Source of the DNA: Bacillota bacterium
Lineage (GTDB): Bacteria; Vulcanimicrobiota; JAMDEM01
Reading direction: 5' to 3'
Assembly (NCBI GenBank): GCA_023486985.1
Contig: JAMDEM010000028.1
Coordinates: 1-34,199 of the forward strand
DNA length: 34,199 bases
In this document: positions 33,884-34,199 of the stretch, piece after piece
Numbering within the stretch: the stretch's first letter is position 1
How the letters are laid out: each line of letters opens with the position of its first letter
The notes under the pieces: model-generated
Told to the model about the DNA's origin: nothing
The model's input: the letters and a program-made list of their open reading frames with translations, nothing else
The model's database searches: none
Made by a program: the position numbers and the translations under genes

Positions 33884-34199
33884 CGCTCCGCCTGTTTTAA
33901 AATTTATAAATTATTGATTAATCATAGTGAAAATATTTTCTCCGTATTAAGGTGTTTTTGTTGCAAGAAAGATTTTAATAAATAATTCACTAGGTTATGG
34001 GATAATTCCTTCAGAAGAATGGTCGGATTCAGAAGGAAAGGGTGAGGGGTTTTTAATAATTTCAAAATTCGTCGTAACACAAAAGTTGAACATGGTCGCC
34101 GTTTCAGTTATAATATTTTCGTGTTTAATATAAAACTTCATATCTCTCTTCTTTAATTAAAAGTATTCTTGTTATTCTTATGCCCGCCGATAACGCTTA

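Noticed and set aside
33995-34141. About 49-codon minus-strand sORF upstream of RND operon 1 (MKFYIKHENIITETATMFNF...)
   Set aside because: It has no Shine-Dalgarno sequence and no recognisable motif. It runs through a fragment of the GGTGAGGGG repeat, so the evidence for coding is insufficient.

Overview
This 34.2-kb window comes from a diderm bacterium, judged from the TolC and NodT outer-membrane factors and several lipobox signal peptides. GC content looks moderately low and patchy by eye. The lineage cannot be named from sequence alone.

Gene content falls into four blocks:
- **1-1.3 kb:** the end of a sugar ABC importer operon.
- **1.6-7.7 kb:** two diverged COG1373-type AAA ATPases (AAA_14 plus a DUF4143 nuclease-like tail) flanking a GH130-GH125 mannoside operon.
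- **7.7-21.9 kb:** a mosaic accessory stretch. It holds an orphan PIN protein next to an ankyrin-repeat protein, a frameshifted and 5'-truncated cas1 relic with no cas2 or array, and a HEPN-MNT module with a clear promoter and operator. It also holds a coiled-coil protein with a YkuD-like motif, a VapBC pair, a large internally duplicated membrane protein, and a lipoprotein with a TNT-like (NADase toxin) C-terminus plus a coupled candidate immunity gene. The stretch ends with DUF1003 and an overlapping DUF488-YaiI pair.
- **21.9-33.9 kb:** two tandem tripartite RND efflux operons.

The most interesting signal is a shared N-terminal leader on three unrelated enzymes (GH125, GH130 and the YkuD-like protein). 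The leader is about 50-130 aa, looks disordered, has no signal peptide, and starts M-x-K-[IK]-[DN] with a later KD-x-V-x-[IL]-S box. It resembles the N-terminal half of the anti-sigma factor FlgM, which carries the export signal. This suggests a dedicated, possibly flagellar-type-III-dependent, export or targeting route for non-flagellar enzymes.

Two other non-genic signals stand out. A structured 70-nt element occurs as two direct copies bracketing the 14-kb accessory stretch. A dispersed GTCRTTGCGAG...GGTGAGGG...TTGCAA palindromic repeat family occupies many intergenic gaps.

No rRNA gene, tRNA gene, CRISPR array, transposase or integrase could be supported.
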